38,085 nucleotides of DNA, from contig CAXMOO010000059.1 of the NCBI GenBank assembly GCA_964195005.1, positions 1 through 38,085 on the forward strand, written 5' to 3'. The stretch is from an uncultured Gammaproteobacteria bacterium (GTDB taxonomy: Bacteria > Actinomycetota > Acidimicrobiia > Spongiisociales > SHLN01). Of this stretch, positions 28,143 through 37,379 are shown piece after piece (positions within the stretch are counted from its first letter, which is position 1; every line of letters begins with the position of its first letter). The notes below the pieces were generated by a model. The model saw nothing but the letters and a program-made list of their open reading frames with translations. It searched no databases and was not told the DNA's origin. The position numbers were made by a program, and so were the translations under genes.

Positions 28143-28724
28143 CTAGGTGGCTCGTCTCAGGTCGGCGACGAACTTGGGGGCCGTTATCAGGAGCACACCC
28201 AACCCGAGTGCTACCAGGGCGACTCCGGTGTCGATGCCCCAGCCAACCGGCAAGTCGAGTGCCACCCAGGCGATGGTGGCGGCGGTGTAGAACGCCAGGC
28301 CCAACAAGGCCCCCTTGGCAGCTGATCCCATCAGCCGGGCCGTGCCTGCCATGAACGGGACCGCGACCACCAGGCCGAGGGGCCAAGCCGCCATCGTCAC
28401 TCCTCCCGCAACCCCGAGTCCCTTGCCGCCTCGAAACCGAAACCAGGGGTTGAGTATCTGCCCGCTGATGGCCGCCAGCCCGCCCGCCACCGCGCCTCCG
28501 CTGCCGACCAGTGCTAGGCCCAGCTGCACGGCGAGGAACCCTTTGAGGATGTCCACCAGCAAGACGGCTCCGGCCAGTTTCTTGCCCCCAACGACAAGGG
28601 CGTTGGCAGTGCCGGGGTTGCCCGTTCCCTCTGTCCGCAGGTTGTGGCCGACCGCCAGCGCCAGCAGATGAGCCGAGGGGATGGCCCCGAGGCCGAACCC
28701 GATGAGGAGTGCGGCGGCGGTCAC
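28143..28724 (-). CDS. plsY: PlsY-like membrane protein (divergent)
   Basis: Motifs GAIPS, GTGNPGTAN, DILKG and FRGGKG. GTGA overlap with the adnB stop. Confidence 0.7.
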   Translation of the reverse strand: MTAAALLIGFGLGAIPSAHLLALAVGHNLRTEGTGNPGTANALVVGGKKLAGAVLLVDILKGFLAVQLGLALVGSGGAVAGGLAAISGQILNPWFRFRGGKGLGVAGGVTMAAWPLGLVVAVPFMAGTARLMGSAAKGALLGLAFYTAATIAWVALDLPVGWGIDTGVALVALGLGVLLITAPKFVADLRRAT

Positions 28725-31700
28725 TCGAGCGCCTGGTTATCGGCGAGCCATTGCCGGCCCGGCTCGCAGAATTTGACGAAGTCACAATGACGACAGGCTT
28801 CCGACGGCTCGGGCTCGAAGCGTTCAGTGTTGATGTCTTCGAGAATCGTCGTGAGCCGTGACCGCGCCGTGTCCAGCCAACCCGTATCCACGGTCGTCGA
28901 CTCCTCTTCCAGTCCGTTCCCGAAGTAGGCGAAGGTAACTGCCAGTGAGTCGGGGCGGGACCCAAGGCTTCCCTCATCGGCAGCCACTCCGTACGCCTGC
29001 AACTGCACCTGACGGGCCGGGTCGGTCCGGTTACGCCCACTCTTGAAGTCCACGATCTCCCAGAAGTGGTCCTTCGTGTAGATGGCGTCGATCCTGCCTC
29101 TTATCCGGTTGTCGCCCATCTGCATCACAAACGGTCGTTCCACCCATGTCGGTTTGGTGGTAGCGAACCGTGACGCCTGAAAGGTCTCATATGAATCGGG
29201 GGAGGGCTCCTGCTCGTCCGGCACAAAATCATATGTGTCCTCATCGGCCACTTCGAGGGGTATGACTCCACGGTTGTGGAGCTCGATGCGGCGGTGCAGG
29301 TCGATGCCCGCCCGGAGCCAGGGTGCCGGCCGCCTGGGCAGGCGATCCACGTCGCTCCAGTAGAAGCGCTTAGGGCAGGTCGCATAGGTAACCAACGAGG
29401 ACACGGAGATCACGGTTGGGCCGTCCGGCTGTGCATCCTCGGGCTCGGGGAGCCCGCTAAGGATCAGTGATAGCTGTTCCACCTGGGCATCGTACGCCGT
29501 CGTGTCTGCGGCAGCTTCCCGGGGCCACTGGGGATCGGCCATCGTATCCAGCAGAGCTGCCTGCCATCCCTGGCCGAAGTGAGGGTCGGGCGCTACCACG
29601 CGAGGCGGGGCAGCTGAGGAGTCCGGCCTGGCGCCGGCATCTTCGCAATCGGCCAGGCGAGAGCTGATATCCAGATCATCGATTATCGAAAACAGGTCGC
29701 TGGGGCGTTTGGCTCTCTTCTGGCCGTACCAATGAGCTCCCGACACAACGAGGCGCTTCTTGGCCCTGGTCACTGCCACGTATGCCGTGCGCCATTCCTG
29801 ATCAGTGTGGAGGTCCCTGAGAGCGTCCTTGCGGGCGTCCGCGTCATCGGGATCGAGGGTGGGAAGGTGTTGGGCATCTAGCCGGGCGGTGAACGGCAGG
29901 CTGGCAGGCCGGGCAAACGGGTCGTCGAATGCCCGAGGACGGCTTGGGAACGTGTCGTTGACGACCGCCGGGAGGTACACAGAGTCCCATTCGAGCCCCT
30001 TGGCGCGGTGGGCTGTGATGAGCGTTACGGCGTCGCTGCTGGCGGCTGGAGCCAGGTCGAGCTCCTCGGCCGCCCGCTCGTCCACTAGCAGCGCCAGGTA
30101 TTCGAGGAAGGCGGTCAGGGAGGGGCGGCCTTCAAGCGGGCTCCACGCTTCGGCCAGATCGAGGAAGCGATAAAGGTTGAGGCGGGCACTGCGGCTGGCG
30201 CTTTCCTCGAGTGAATCGATCTCGATCCACACGCCCAAGCGATCGAGCACGCGGCGGCAAAGCTCGACCAGTGAGACGCCTTGCGCCTCTTCTACAAGGG
30301 TCGAGTGGAGAGAGCGAAACCGTTCCAATGCCGTGGTGGCTTCGGGGCGGGGGAGCTCTGTAACCTCCAGGATCGCCTCGAGAAGCGTAAATCCCGGGAC
30401 GTCGCCTTCATCGGAGGTCGTGCCATCCTGCTCCCGCACCCACTCCGCCGGGGGTACCAGGTCGCCGAACCCGAGCCCGAAGTGAGGCCCGAGCAAAATC
30501 CGCAACAGTGCCGGGCCATCGCTGGGATCTTCGAGAATCCGCAGCCACGACCACAGGTCGGTGACTTCGGGAACGTGAAGCAGGCCACCGAGGCTCACTA
30601 CCTGGATCGGCACACCCGCCTCAGCCAGTACCTGGCGGATCAGCGGGATCTGGGCGTTCTTTCGGAAAATCAATGCGATATCGCGCCACTCCAGACCGGC
30701 CTCATGCGCCGAAATGATCTCGGCTGCCAGCCAGTCGGCCTCCTCACCGGCGGTGCGAAACCAGGCGGTCGCCACTTCTCCCTCGCCTGCGGTGTCGAGC
30801 GCCCGTAAGGGCTCGCGGTTTGCTCGCCGCGAGATCTGCTCCGCGACGGTGTTGGCGACCGTGACGATGTGATGACCCGATCGGCGGTTGAGTGACAGCT
30901 GGAGAGTGGGGCTTGGAGTGCCGCCCGGCCCGGGGAAGTGCTCGGGGAATCTCGCGAAGTTCTCGAGTGAGGCCCCACGCCACTCGTAGATGGTCTGGTC
31001 GGCGTCTCCCACAGCCGTGACCGGAAAGCCGTCGCCGAAGAGGGAGCTTAAAAGCTCGCGCTGGGCCGGGTTGGTGTCCTGGTACTCGTCGAGGAGGACC
31101 ACACCGAATCGCCCCCGTACTGCCGCGGCGACGGCGGGTTGCTCCACAACCAGCCGGTGGGCGAGGGCAATGAGGTCGCTGAAGTCGATCACGCCGAGCT
31201 GGTGCTTGAGCTTGCGGTAACGGGTGAGGGCCGCGAGCATCTCCGCTCGCCTCTCTCCGACGTCTCCTTCCCCGCCCGGCACCGATTCAGGGTCTCGAAG
31301 GTTATCGGCCAACTGCCCGGCCAGGGCAGCGAGCTCCTCTACTCGCTGTCCAGGGGCTGAGAGGTCGAGATGCTCGTAGGACCCGCCGCCCAACGCATCT
31401 CGCAAGAGCTGACGTACGAACCCCGGCGTCACCAGGCGGGCGGTGCGCTCAACGCCGACGTAGGCGCCGAATTCGAGAAGCAGATTGGCGGCGAAACCGT
31501 GATAGGTCGTCACCTCGACGTCGCCGGTATCCGTCAACTGTCCGGCCAGAGCAGCCAGCTCCTCGATCCGCTGGCGAAGCTCTTCCGAGGCCTTGTTGGT
31601 AAAGGTCACACCGAGCGCGCTTGCCACCTGGCCCGTGCCGAGGAGGTTGACGAGTCGCAGCGCCATCGTTGTCGTCTTGCCCGTGCCGGCCCCGGCGTTG

Positions 31701-31768
31701 ACCCGCAGGGGTCCCAACGGATGGTCGATCACCTGCTGCTGCTCGGGAGAAGGGTCGAATGTCATCAC
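28721..31768 (-). CDS. adnB: AdnB-like UvrD helicase fused to a PD-(D/E)XK nuclease
   Basis: AGAGTGKT, TFTNKA, DEYQD, GDADQTIYEWRGA, TAHRAKGLEW and YVAVTRA; nuclease motif GRIDA..DFKSG; CPKR...CRHCDFVKFC. Confidence 0.85.
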   Translation of the reverse strand: MMTFDPSPEQQQVIDHPLGPLRVNAGAGTGKTTTMALRLVNLLGTGQVASALGVTFTNKASEELRQRIEELAALAGQLTDTGDVEVTTYHGFAANLLLEFGAYVGVERTARLVTPGFVRQLLRDALGGGSYEHLDLSAPGQRVEELAALAGQLADNLRDPESVPGGEGDVGERRAEMLAALTRYRKLKHQLGVIDFSDLIALAHRLVVEQPAVAAAVRGRFGVVLLDEYQDTNPAQRELLSSLFGDGFPVTAVGDADQTIYEWRGASLENFARFPEHFPGPGGTPSPTLQLSLNRRSGHHIVTVANTVAEQISRRANREPLRALDTAGEGEVATAWFRTAGEEADWLAAEIISAHEAGLEWRDIALIFRKNAQIPLIRQVLAEAGVPIQVVSLGGLLHVPEVTDLWSWLRILEDPSDGPALLRILLGPHFGLGFGDLVPPAEWVREQDGTTSDEGDVPGFTLLEAILEVTELPRPEATTALERFRSLHSTLVEEAQGVSLVELCRRVLDRLGVWIEIDSLEESASRSARLNLYRFLDLAEAWSPLEGRPSLTAFLEYLALLVDERAAEELDLAPAASSDAVTLITAHRAKGLEWDSVYLPAVVNDTFPSRPRAFDDPFARPASLPFTARLDAQHLPTLDPDDADARKDALRDLHTDQEWRTAYVAVTRAKKRLVVSGAHWYGQKRAKRPSDLFSIIDDLDISSRLADCEDAGARPDSSAAPPRVVAPDPHFGQGWQAALLDTMADPQWPREAAADTTAYDAQVEQLSLILSGLPEPEDAQPDGPTVISVSSLVTYATCPKRFYWSDVDRLPRRPAPWLRAGIDLHRRIELHNRGVIPLEVADEDTYDFVPDEQEPSPDSYETFQASRFATTKPTWVERPFVMQMGDNRIRGRIDAIYTKDHFWEIVDFKSGRNRTDPARQVQLQAYGVAADEGSLGSRPDSLAVTFAYFGNGLEEESTTVDTGWLDTARSRLTTILEDINTERFEPEPSEACRHCDFVKFCEPGRQWLADNQALE

Positions 31769-34719
31769 GACTGGTATGCCATGTTTCCTTCAGGGAAAGC
31801 GGGGCAGACGAGCCTTACCGGGCAGCGGCCGCAGTGTTCGTTGGGGCGAGCAGGCCAATCGTCACTGTTGATGCCTTCTGCGACCGCCCGCAGTCTCTGC
31901 TCCACCCCTTCCAGGTTTTTCGGATCGAAGGGGATCATCCGCAACGACTTGCGGTCCGTCATCGCCACCATCCACAGTTCCCCGGCGTCCGGCAGCCCGT
32001 GACCCGTGAGCCCCGGGTCCTGACGGGCCGCGAGGATATAAAAGCCAAGCTGGAGGGATTCGGCGCCGTCGGCGTCAGTGACATTTCTCCCACCCGTCTT
32101 GTAGTCGACAATTCGCACCACTCCATCACCGGCCTCAATGCGATCCGCTCGCCCGAACCAGGCGACCTCGTCGATATTGAGACTCAGCGGTCGTTCGAGA
32201 TCAATGATCGAAGCCGGGCGGTCCGGCCAGTGTTTGTAAACGAACTCGAGTACCCGCTCGGCGCGTCGGCGCCATGGCTCGGACCAGGGAGACGGCCCGA
32301 ATCGGGTCGGATCCCATCGAGCCTCGAGGTGAGCCTGGGCCCGAGCTTCCGTCCCGTGCGGGAGACCGTTCTCGTGGGCGTCCCGTTCGGTTTGCTCGAG
32401 CACATCGTGGATCAGCGAGCCGAACTCCAGATGGGAGCTGGTTCCTTCCCGCACTCTCAGCCGCCGTTCGATCGCATACCGGCGCGGGCAGGTCTCGTAG
32501 GAATCCGCTTGACTCGGCGAGAGGCGCAGCACGGCGGGTTTCAACCCGCCCTCGGGCCCGGGCGGTTGGATGCCTGCGAACAGGGCTGGTTCGCGGAGGC
32601 CGTACTGTGGTCCGGTGGCCAGCGCGTGCAGGGCCGCCAGTCGATGCGGGGCTGTTACCTCGGGATCGGCGGCGATTCGGCGAAGCCAGGCTTCGGCTTG
32701 AGCCTGAGTAACCGGATGGTCGCCGCGGTCCGGTGGCGGCACGGGCCCCTCGGGGGCTACCCGGTGCAGGAAAGGGCTCGGTGCGCCAAGACCTTCGTCG
32801 ATCCCGCCGGCAGTAGCCGTCCAAATCACCTGCCGGTGAGCTCTCGTCATGGCGGTGTATGCGAGCCGCGTCTCCTCCTGCAGGCGAAACCGGCGGTAAG
32901 CGGCCGGGTCGGAGGGAAGGTGGGGAGACAAATGCCGGGTGCCGATCAGCGACTCCCGGGGGCGCAGGTCGGGGAAGACTCCGTCCACTGCATCAGCAAT
33001 GAAGACAACCTCGAACTCCAGCCCCTTCGACTGGTGCAGAGTCGTGATGGTTAGCCGGTCGGTGCCCTGATCCCGGAAATCGAGGAGTGGTTGAGCTTCG
33101 AAGCTTTCCTCGTCGGACCATCTCACGAAGTCGGCGAGGCTGGCGGCGCGATCTCGCTCGAAAAGCCTCGACAAGACCTGCGAGAGCGAGCTCCAGGCTG
33201 CCCGTTCCTCGGTGCGCCGCTGGTCAACGACGAGGTCGGCAAACTGGGGGAGTGTTTCCCACAACTTCCAGAAACCGTCGGCGGCAGGGGCGCTTGTGGC
33301 CCAGGTGGAGTCGGCGATGAGCTCACCCAGGCCTGCCGCGTCGGGGACATCCGCAACGATGACCTCCGGCCAGGCCCGCGGCGGGGCACCCCGGCTTCGC
33401 TCCAACCCCCGCACCTGTCCGATCGGTAGGCGAAACAGTGGTCCCAACAGGAGCCGGCGCAGTGCCAGATCAGCCTCACGGCCGCCGGACGTGGCGGCGG
33501 TGACGCAGTCAAAGACTGCGCGTACCGCGGGATGATCACTGAGTCGCGAATCCGGCTGCACGTGGGGTATGCCAAGGCGCTCCAGTGCCCGCGAGAGAGT
33601 TGGAAGAAACCGACGCTTGGAGCGGACGAATACGGCCATGTCTCGGAAGGGAAGCCCTGCGAGATGGAGGCCCTGTATCTCGGCCGCAACCCATTCCGCC
33701 TCTTCGCTTGACTGCTGAAACAGCACGGCTTCTACCGAGCCCACTCCGGACGCTGGGGTTACCGGGCCGGCGGCTCCGGGTAATTCGAGGCCGGAGGTGA
33801 GGCGGGCGGCGGCGTCGAGTATCGCTGCGGGGGTCCGGAACGAGGTTGTGAGGACCAGGCGCGATGCCGGCCTGCCATTTTGCGAGAACCTCTCGGGGAA
33901 TTGTTCCACATTGGCCAGGTCGGTCCCGCGAAAGCTGTAAATCGACTGATACGGATCTGCCGCCACTGTGAGGTTGGCTCCGCCGCTTACCAGGAGCTCC
34001 AGCAGGCGGGCTTGAGCGATTGTCGTGTCCTGATACTCGTCGACGAGCACGTAGCGAGCCCCTGCGGTCACTCTGTCCAATGTGGGGGCGTGGCCCAAAG
34101 CCTGTACCGCCGCGGCCTGCACCGTGCCGTAATCGATGCGGTTGCGTTCCTGCAGCCGGCGTCGGTAGCTGCGCAAGAATTCTGGTAGGGCCCGCCAATC
34201 GTCGCGGGCAAAGTCGGCTATCTCCTCGGGCCCAATGAGAAGCTCATTGCAGCGGAGTAGGAAGTCGGAAATTTCCTCGGCCAGCGTGCTGGTTTGTAGC
34301 AAGCCCCGGAACAGGACCGGCCACTGTGCCGGGTTCTCGGCAGCGAGGAGCGAACGGATAAGGAGTACGTATTCGAGCGATGTGAGCAAAGTGGGCATTC
34401 GCTCCCAGCCGAGGCTGTCTCCCCCGTGAGTTTCCAGCAGACGGAAGGCATATGAGTGGAACGTGGAAGTGTCCATCGCAGGTGTCGAACTCTGGGCGCC
34501 CTCCTCGAGTCGCCTTCGCAAGTCGGCGGATCCCCGTCGCGAGAAGCTCAACAACAGGATCTCGTCGGGGAGGGCGATCCCCTCAGCAACTAGATAGAGG
34601 GCTCGCCGAACCAAAAACTCGGTCTTGCCGGTTCCCGGACCTCCCACCACAAGTTGAGGTCCGTCGGTTTCGGCAGTCGCCGCCTCCCAATCGCCGGGGT
34701 TTACCCGGAGCTCAGCCAT
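31765..34719 (-). CDS. adnA: AdnA-like UvrD helicase fused to a PD-(D/E)XK nuclease
   Basis: ATG at 34719 (MAELRVNP), GGPGTGKT, DEYQD, DPYQSIYSFRG, TLHQSKGLEF and YTAMTRA; GRADRI..DYKTG; CPRR...CGRCPVRLVC. Confidence 0.85.
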   Translation of the reverse strand: MAELRVNPGDWEAATAETDGPQLVVGGPGTGKTEFLVRRALYLVAEGIALPDEILLLSFSRRGSADLRRRLEEGAQSSTPAMDTSTFHSYAFRLLETHGGDSLGWERMPTLLTSLEYVLLIRSLLAAENPAQWPVLFRGLLQTSTLAEEISDFLLRCNELLIGPEEIADFARDDWRALPEFLRSYRRRLQERNRIDYGTVQAAAVQALGHAPTLDRVTAGARYVLVDEYQDTTIAQARLLELLVSGGANLTVAADPYQSIYSFRGTDLANVEQFPERFSQNGRPASRLVLTTSFRTPAAILDAAARLTSGLELPGAAGPVTPASGVGSVEAVLFQQSSEEAEWVAAEIQGLHLAGLPFRDMAVFVRSKRRFLPTLSRALERLGIPHVQPDSRLSDHPAVRAVFDCVTAATSGGREADLALRRLLLGPLFRLPIGQVRGLERSRGAPPRAWPEVIVADVPDAAGLGELIADSTWATSAPAADGFWKLWETLPQFADLVVDQRRTEERAAWSSLSQVLSRLFERDRAASLADFVRWSDEESFEAQPLLDFRDQGTDRLTITTLHQSKGLEFEVVFIADAVDGVFPDLRPRESLIGTRHLSPHLPSDPAAYRRFRLQEETRLAYTAMTRAHRQVIWTATAGGIDEGLGAPSPFLHRVAPEGPVPPPDRGDHPVTQAQAEAWLRRIAADPEVTAPHRLAALHALATGPQYGLREPALFAGIQPPGPEGGLKPAVLRLSPSQADSYETCPRRYAIERRLRVREGTSSHLEFGSLIHDVLEQTERDAHENGLPHGTEARAQAHLEARWDPTRFGPSPWSEPWRRRAERVLEFVYKHWPDRPASIIDLERPLSLNIDEVAWFGRADRIEAGDGVVRIVDYKTGGRNVTDADGAESLQLGFYILAARQDPGLTGHGLPDAGELWMVAMTDRKSLRMIPFDPKNLEGVEQRLRAVAEGINSDDWPARPNEHCGRCPVRLVCPAFPEGNMAYQS

Positions 34720-34726
34720 ACCCGAC

Positions 34727-34748
34727 ACGGTACCCGCCGCTGGCGACA
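34727..34748 (-). promoter_or_regulatory. RecA-NDp/PafBC-like promoter of adnAB
   Basis: Minus strand reads TGTCGC-N10-TACCGT, ending 7 nt before the adnA ATG. Confidence 0.72.
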
Positions 34749-34757
34749 GATTTTCGC

Positions 34758-35213
34758 TCAGAGATCCAGTGATGGCTGGTGAGGCAGCAGGCTCCCATCG
34801 GCCCGAATGTGGGTGACGGCGAACCCGGCAGCCTCGAAGCGGGGGGCGAGGACGGACAGCCGGTGGCAACGGGTCGGTTCGGCCTCGGAACATAGCAGCA
34901 CCGTGGTCGCGCCCAGTGCCAGTGCAGATGCTTCGGTTACACCGGCTTCGAGCCGTTCCGGGGAGGAGATGGGGGGCTCTTTTCCCTCACGCATGGGCAG
35001 GCCGCCGAGGTGGTCCCCGAGCCATCGATAGGAGACCCCGGCGGTAGCCAATTCCTCGGCAAGGGTTTGTCTCGAATATTCGGGCACCCGGCTCGAGTAC
35101 GGCTTCGATCTCACGTCGATAACAGTGCGGATGCTGTGGGAGGCGACGATCCTGAGAAACTCATCGAAATCAAGAGCCCCATGACCAATAGTGAAGAGTG
35201 TCGGTTCCGTAAT
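34758..35213 (-). CDS. DUF488-family protein
   Basis: The frame upstream of the track start gives TLFTIGHG...VIDVRSKPYS, then YRWLGDHLGG and LLCSEAEPTRCHR. Proposed start is ATT at 35213, 7 nt after GGAGG. Confidence 0.82.
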   Translation of the reverse strand: MTEPTLFTIGHGALDFDEFLRIVASHSIRTVIDVRSKPYSSRVPEYSRQTLAEELATAGVSYRWLGDHLGGLPMREGKEPPISSPERLEAGVTEASALALGATTVLLCSEAEPTRCHRLSVLAPRFEAAGFAVTHIRADGSLLPHQPSLDL

Positions 35214-35259
35214 CTCACGACCTCCGCAAGCTAGATTGGCTGGACCAGGAGGAGGCTAT

Positions 35260-36543
35260 ATCAGCACAAGCTTCGGTGAAGAGAACCTCTGGGAACTGGA
35301 ATCCCCTCTTTACCGCGACGCTCTCGCTCAGTTGGATCGGGTGGCCGGGGTAATGGGCCTCGATGAGAATATTCACGCCCGGCTGCGGGTCCCGCAAAGA
35401 GCCACCGTCGTCAGCTTTCCGTTTCGCCGCGAGGGTTACTACGAAGTCCACACCGTCTTTGCTTACCGGGTACAGCATGTCTTGACGATGGGCCCGACCA
35501 AGGGCGGGATTCGCTATGCCGCCGATGTCAACCTCGGTGAAGTGGCTGCACTCGCCATGTTGATGACCTGGAAAACCGCTCTGGTGGAACTCCCCTTCGG
35601 CGGCGCCAAGGGGGGCGTGCGAATCGAGCCGATAGGCCTGACCCGGCCCGAGCTCCAGCGACTCACTCGCCGCTATACAGCCGAGTTGATCAACGTCATC
35701 GGCCCCGAGACCGACATACCCGCTCCCGACATGGGCACCAATGAGCAGGTCATGGCCTGGATCATGGATACCTATTCACAACATGTTGGTCATGCCACCC
35801 CGGGTGTCGTCACCGGTAAACCTCCGGCACTGGGTGGTTCTATCGCCAGGCGTGAAGCCACCGGGAGGGGACTTGTGAGCCTGCTTCCGGCAGCGGCCGC
35901 CCATGCCGGCGTAGACCTCGAAACCGCCCGGGCGGTGGTGCACGGGTTCGGGAACGTCGGGCAATACGCCGCCCTGGGCGCCCACGAGATGGGGATCAAA
36001 GTGGTGGCGATTTCGGACGTCACCGGTGGGATTCACAATGAGCAGGGCCTGGACATCCCCAAGGCGCGGGAGTGGGTGGACGAGAACGGCAACCTCGAGG
36101 GTTTTCCCAACGCCGAATATGTCAGCAACGAGGAGCTTTTCCATCTCGACTGTGAGATTCTGATCCCGGCCGCCGTCGGAGGAGTGATAACTCAGGAGAA
36201 TGCCGGAGGGATCAAAGCGAAGATGATTGTCGAAGGTGCCAACGGTCCCACTACGGTGGGGGCCGACGACATCCTGGGCGAAAAGGGCGTCTTCGTCGTC
36301 CCGGACATCCTCGCCAACGCGGGTGGTGTCACGGCTTCCTATTTCGAGTGGGTGCAGGACCTCCAGAACTATTTCTGGTCGGAAGGTGAGATCGTTGCCA
36401 GGCTGCGAGAGATCATGGGTCGGGCCTTCGACGAGGTTCTCCATATCTCCATTCACGAGGGTTATGACATGCGGACTGCGGCCCTGATCAAAGGGATCCG
36501 CCGGGTGGCTGAGGCCAAGCTCGCCCGCGGCGTTTACCCATAG
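35260..36543 (+). CDS. gdhA: Glu/Leu/Phe/Val dehydrogenase (glutamate dehydrogenase-like)
   Basis: Motifs GPTKGGIRY, MTWK, GGAKGG, DIPAPD, VTGKP, GFGNVG, EGANGP and NAGGV..SYFEW. Start uncertain: ATC 35260 after AGGAGGAGG, or TTG 35236. Confidence 0.9.
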   Translation: MSTSFGEENLWELESPLYRDALAQLDRVAGVMGLDENIHARLRVPQRATVVSFPFRREGYYEVHTVFAYRVQHVLTMGPTKGGIRYAADVNLGEVAALAMLMTWKTALVELPFGGAKGGVRIEPIGLTRPELQRLTRRYTAELINVIGPETDIPAPDMGTNEQVMAWIMDTYSQHVGHATPGVVTGKPPALGGSIARREATGRGLVSLLPAAAAHAGVDLETARAVVHGFGNVGQYAALGAHEMGIKVVAISDVTGGIHNEQGLDIPKAREWVDENGNLEGFPNAEYVSNEELFHLDCEILIPAAVGGVITQENAGGIKAKMIVEGANGPTTVGADDILGEKGVFVVPDILANAGGVTASYFEWVQDLQNYFWSEGEIVARLREIMGRAFDEVLHISIHEGYDMRTAALIKGIRRVAEAKLARGVYP

Positions 36544-36571
36544 CCGGGAGGCCTTAGGCCGGACTCGGGGC

Positions 36572-37372
36572 TCAAACCGGAATGGTTTCGGGGCGGCGGG
36601 CCATGTCGGGCGTCGGCTCGCCGGTGCCACCGAATGCCGGACAAATGCCCTGAAATGAGCACCAGTCACACAGCCGCGAAGGCCGGGGCGGGAAGGCTTC
36701 CTTTTCGATTGCCGCCTTGATGGCGGTCCACAACGCCTGAATCTGCCGTTCCATGGCGTCGAGTTGCTGTTCGGTCACCGCCAGGGAATAGAGGGTTGGG
36801 CCGTTCAGGTACAGCAAGCGAAGCTCAACGGGAGCCCGGCCAAAGTGACGCCGGGTGAGCAGGGCGTAGATCTTCAAAGCAAAGAAAGCCGGCAATGCAT
36901 AGCGCTCTGGGGGAGCCTTACCCGTCTTGTAGTCGGTGACCACCAAATCGCCGGCGGCGTCTTCGTCAATCCGATCGAGAATCCCCCGCACCGTCACATC
37001 CTGGACTTCTTCGATGAGGTCGAGCTCGCAATCCACGGGGTCGATCTTGGTGGGGTCCTCGACGGTGAAGTAGTTGGCGAGTAGCTCAAGGCTTTCGATT
37101 CCCCAAACCCGCTCTTCCTCCACCGTCTCGAACAAGTGGGTGTACTCCTCGTTACGTACCTCAGCCCATGCTTGCCGAAAGAGATCGAAGAGGCGCTCGG
37201 GTGTGCGCTCGCTCGCATCACCTCCAAAAAGGCGCTGCAACGCCAGGTGGGCGGTGGTTCCTCGTGCCTGGTAGATGGTGGCCGGTTCCATCAATCGGTC
37301 GATCGAGCGGAACTTGAAGAGCTGAGGGCATTGTTTGAAGTCGCTGAGCCTGCTGGGCGAAACCCGTTTCAT
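36572..37372 (-). CDS. RecB-family / Cas4-like PD-(D/E)XK exonuclease with four-Cys Fe-S motif
   Basis: SPSRLSDFKQCP, GTTAH, RGILDRID, DYKTG and LCDWCSFQGICP. ATG at 37372. Confidence 0.88.
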   Translation of the reverse strand: MKRVSPSRLSDFKQCPQLFKFRSIDRLMEPATIYQARGTTAHLALQRLFGGDASERTPERLFDLFRQAWAEVRNEEYTHLFETVEEERVWGIESLELLANYFTVEDPTKIDPVDCELDLIEEVQDVTVRGILDRIDEDAAGDLVVTDYKTGKAPPERYALPAFFALKIYALLTRRHFGRAPVELRLLYLNGPTLYSLAVTEQQLDAMERQIQALWTAIKAAIEKEAFPPRPSRLCDWCSFQGICPAFGGTGEPTPDMARRPETIPV

Positions 37373-37379
37373 GAGCTGC

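Noticed and set aside
31759-33054. 431-aa plus-strand ORF and other long antisense ORFs (19581-20777, 27940-29040, 35776-36669, 212-805)
   Set aside because: Shadow ORFs opposite well-supported genes, as expected in high-GC DNA; no motifs.
36572-37372. cas4 / CRISPR-Cas locus
   Set aside because: The fold is Cas4-like, but there are no cas1/cas2 genes and no repeat-spacer array in the window. It fits a standalone RecB-family exonuclease with a DNA-damage-type promoter.
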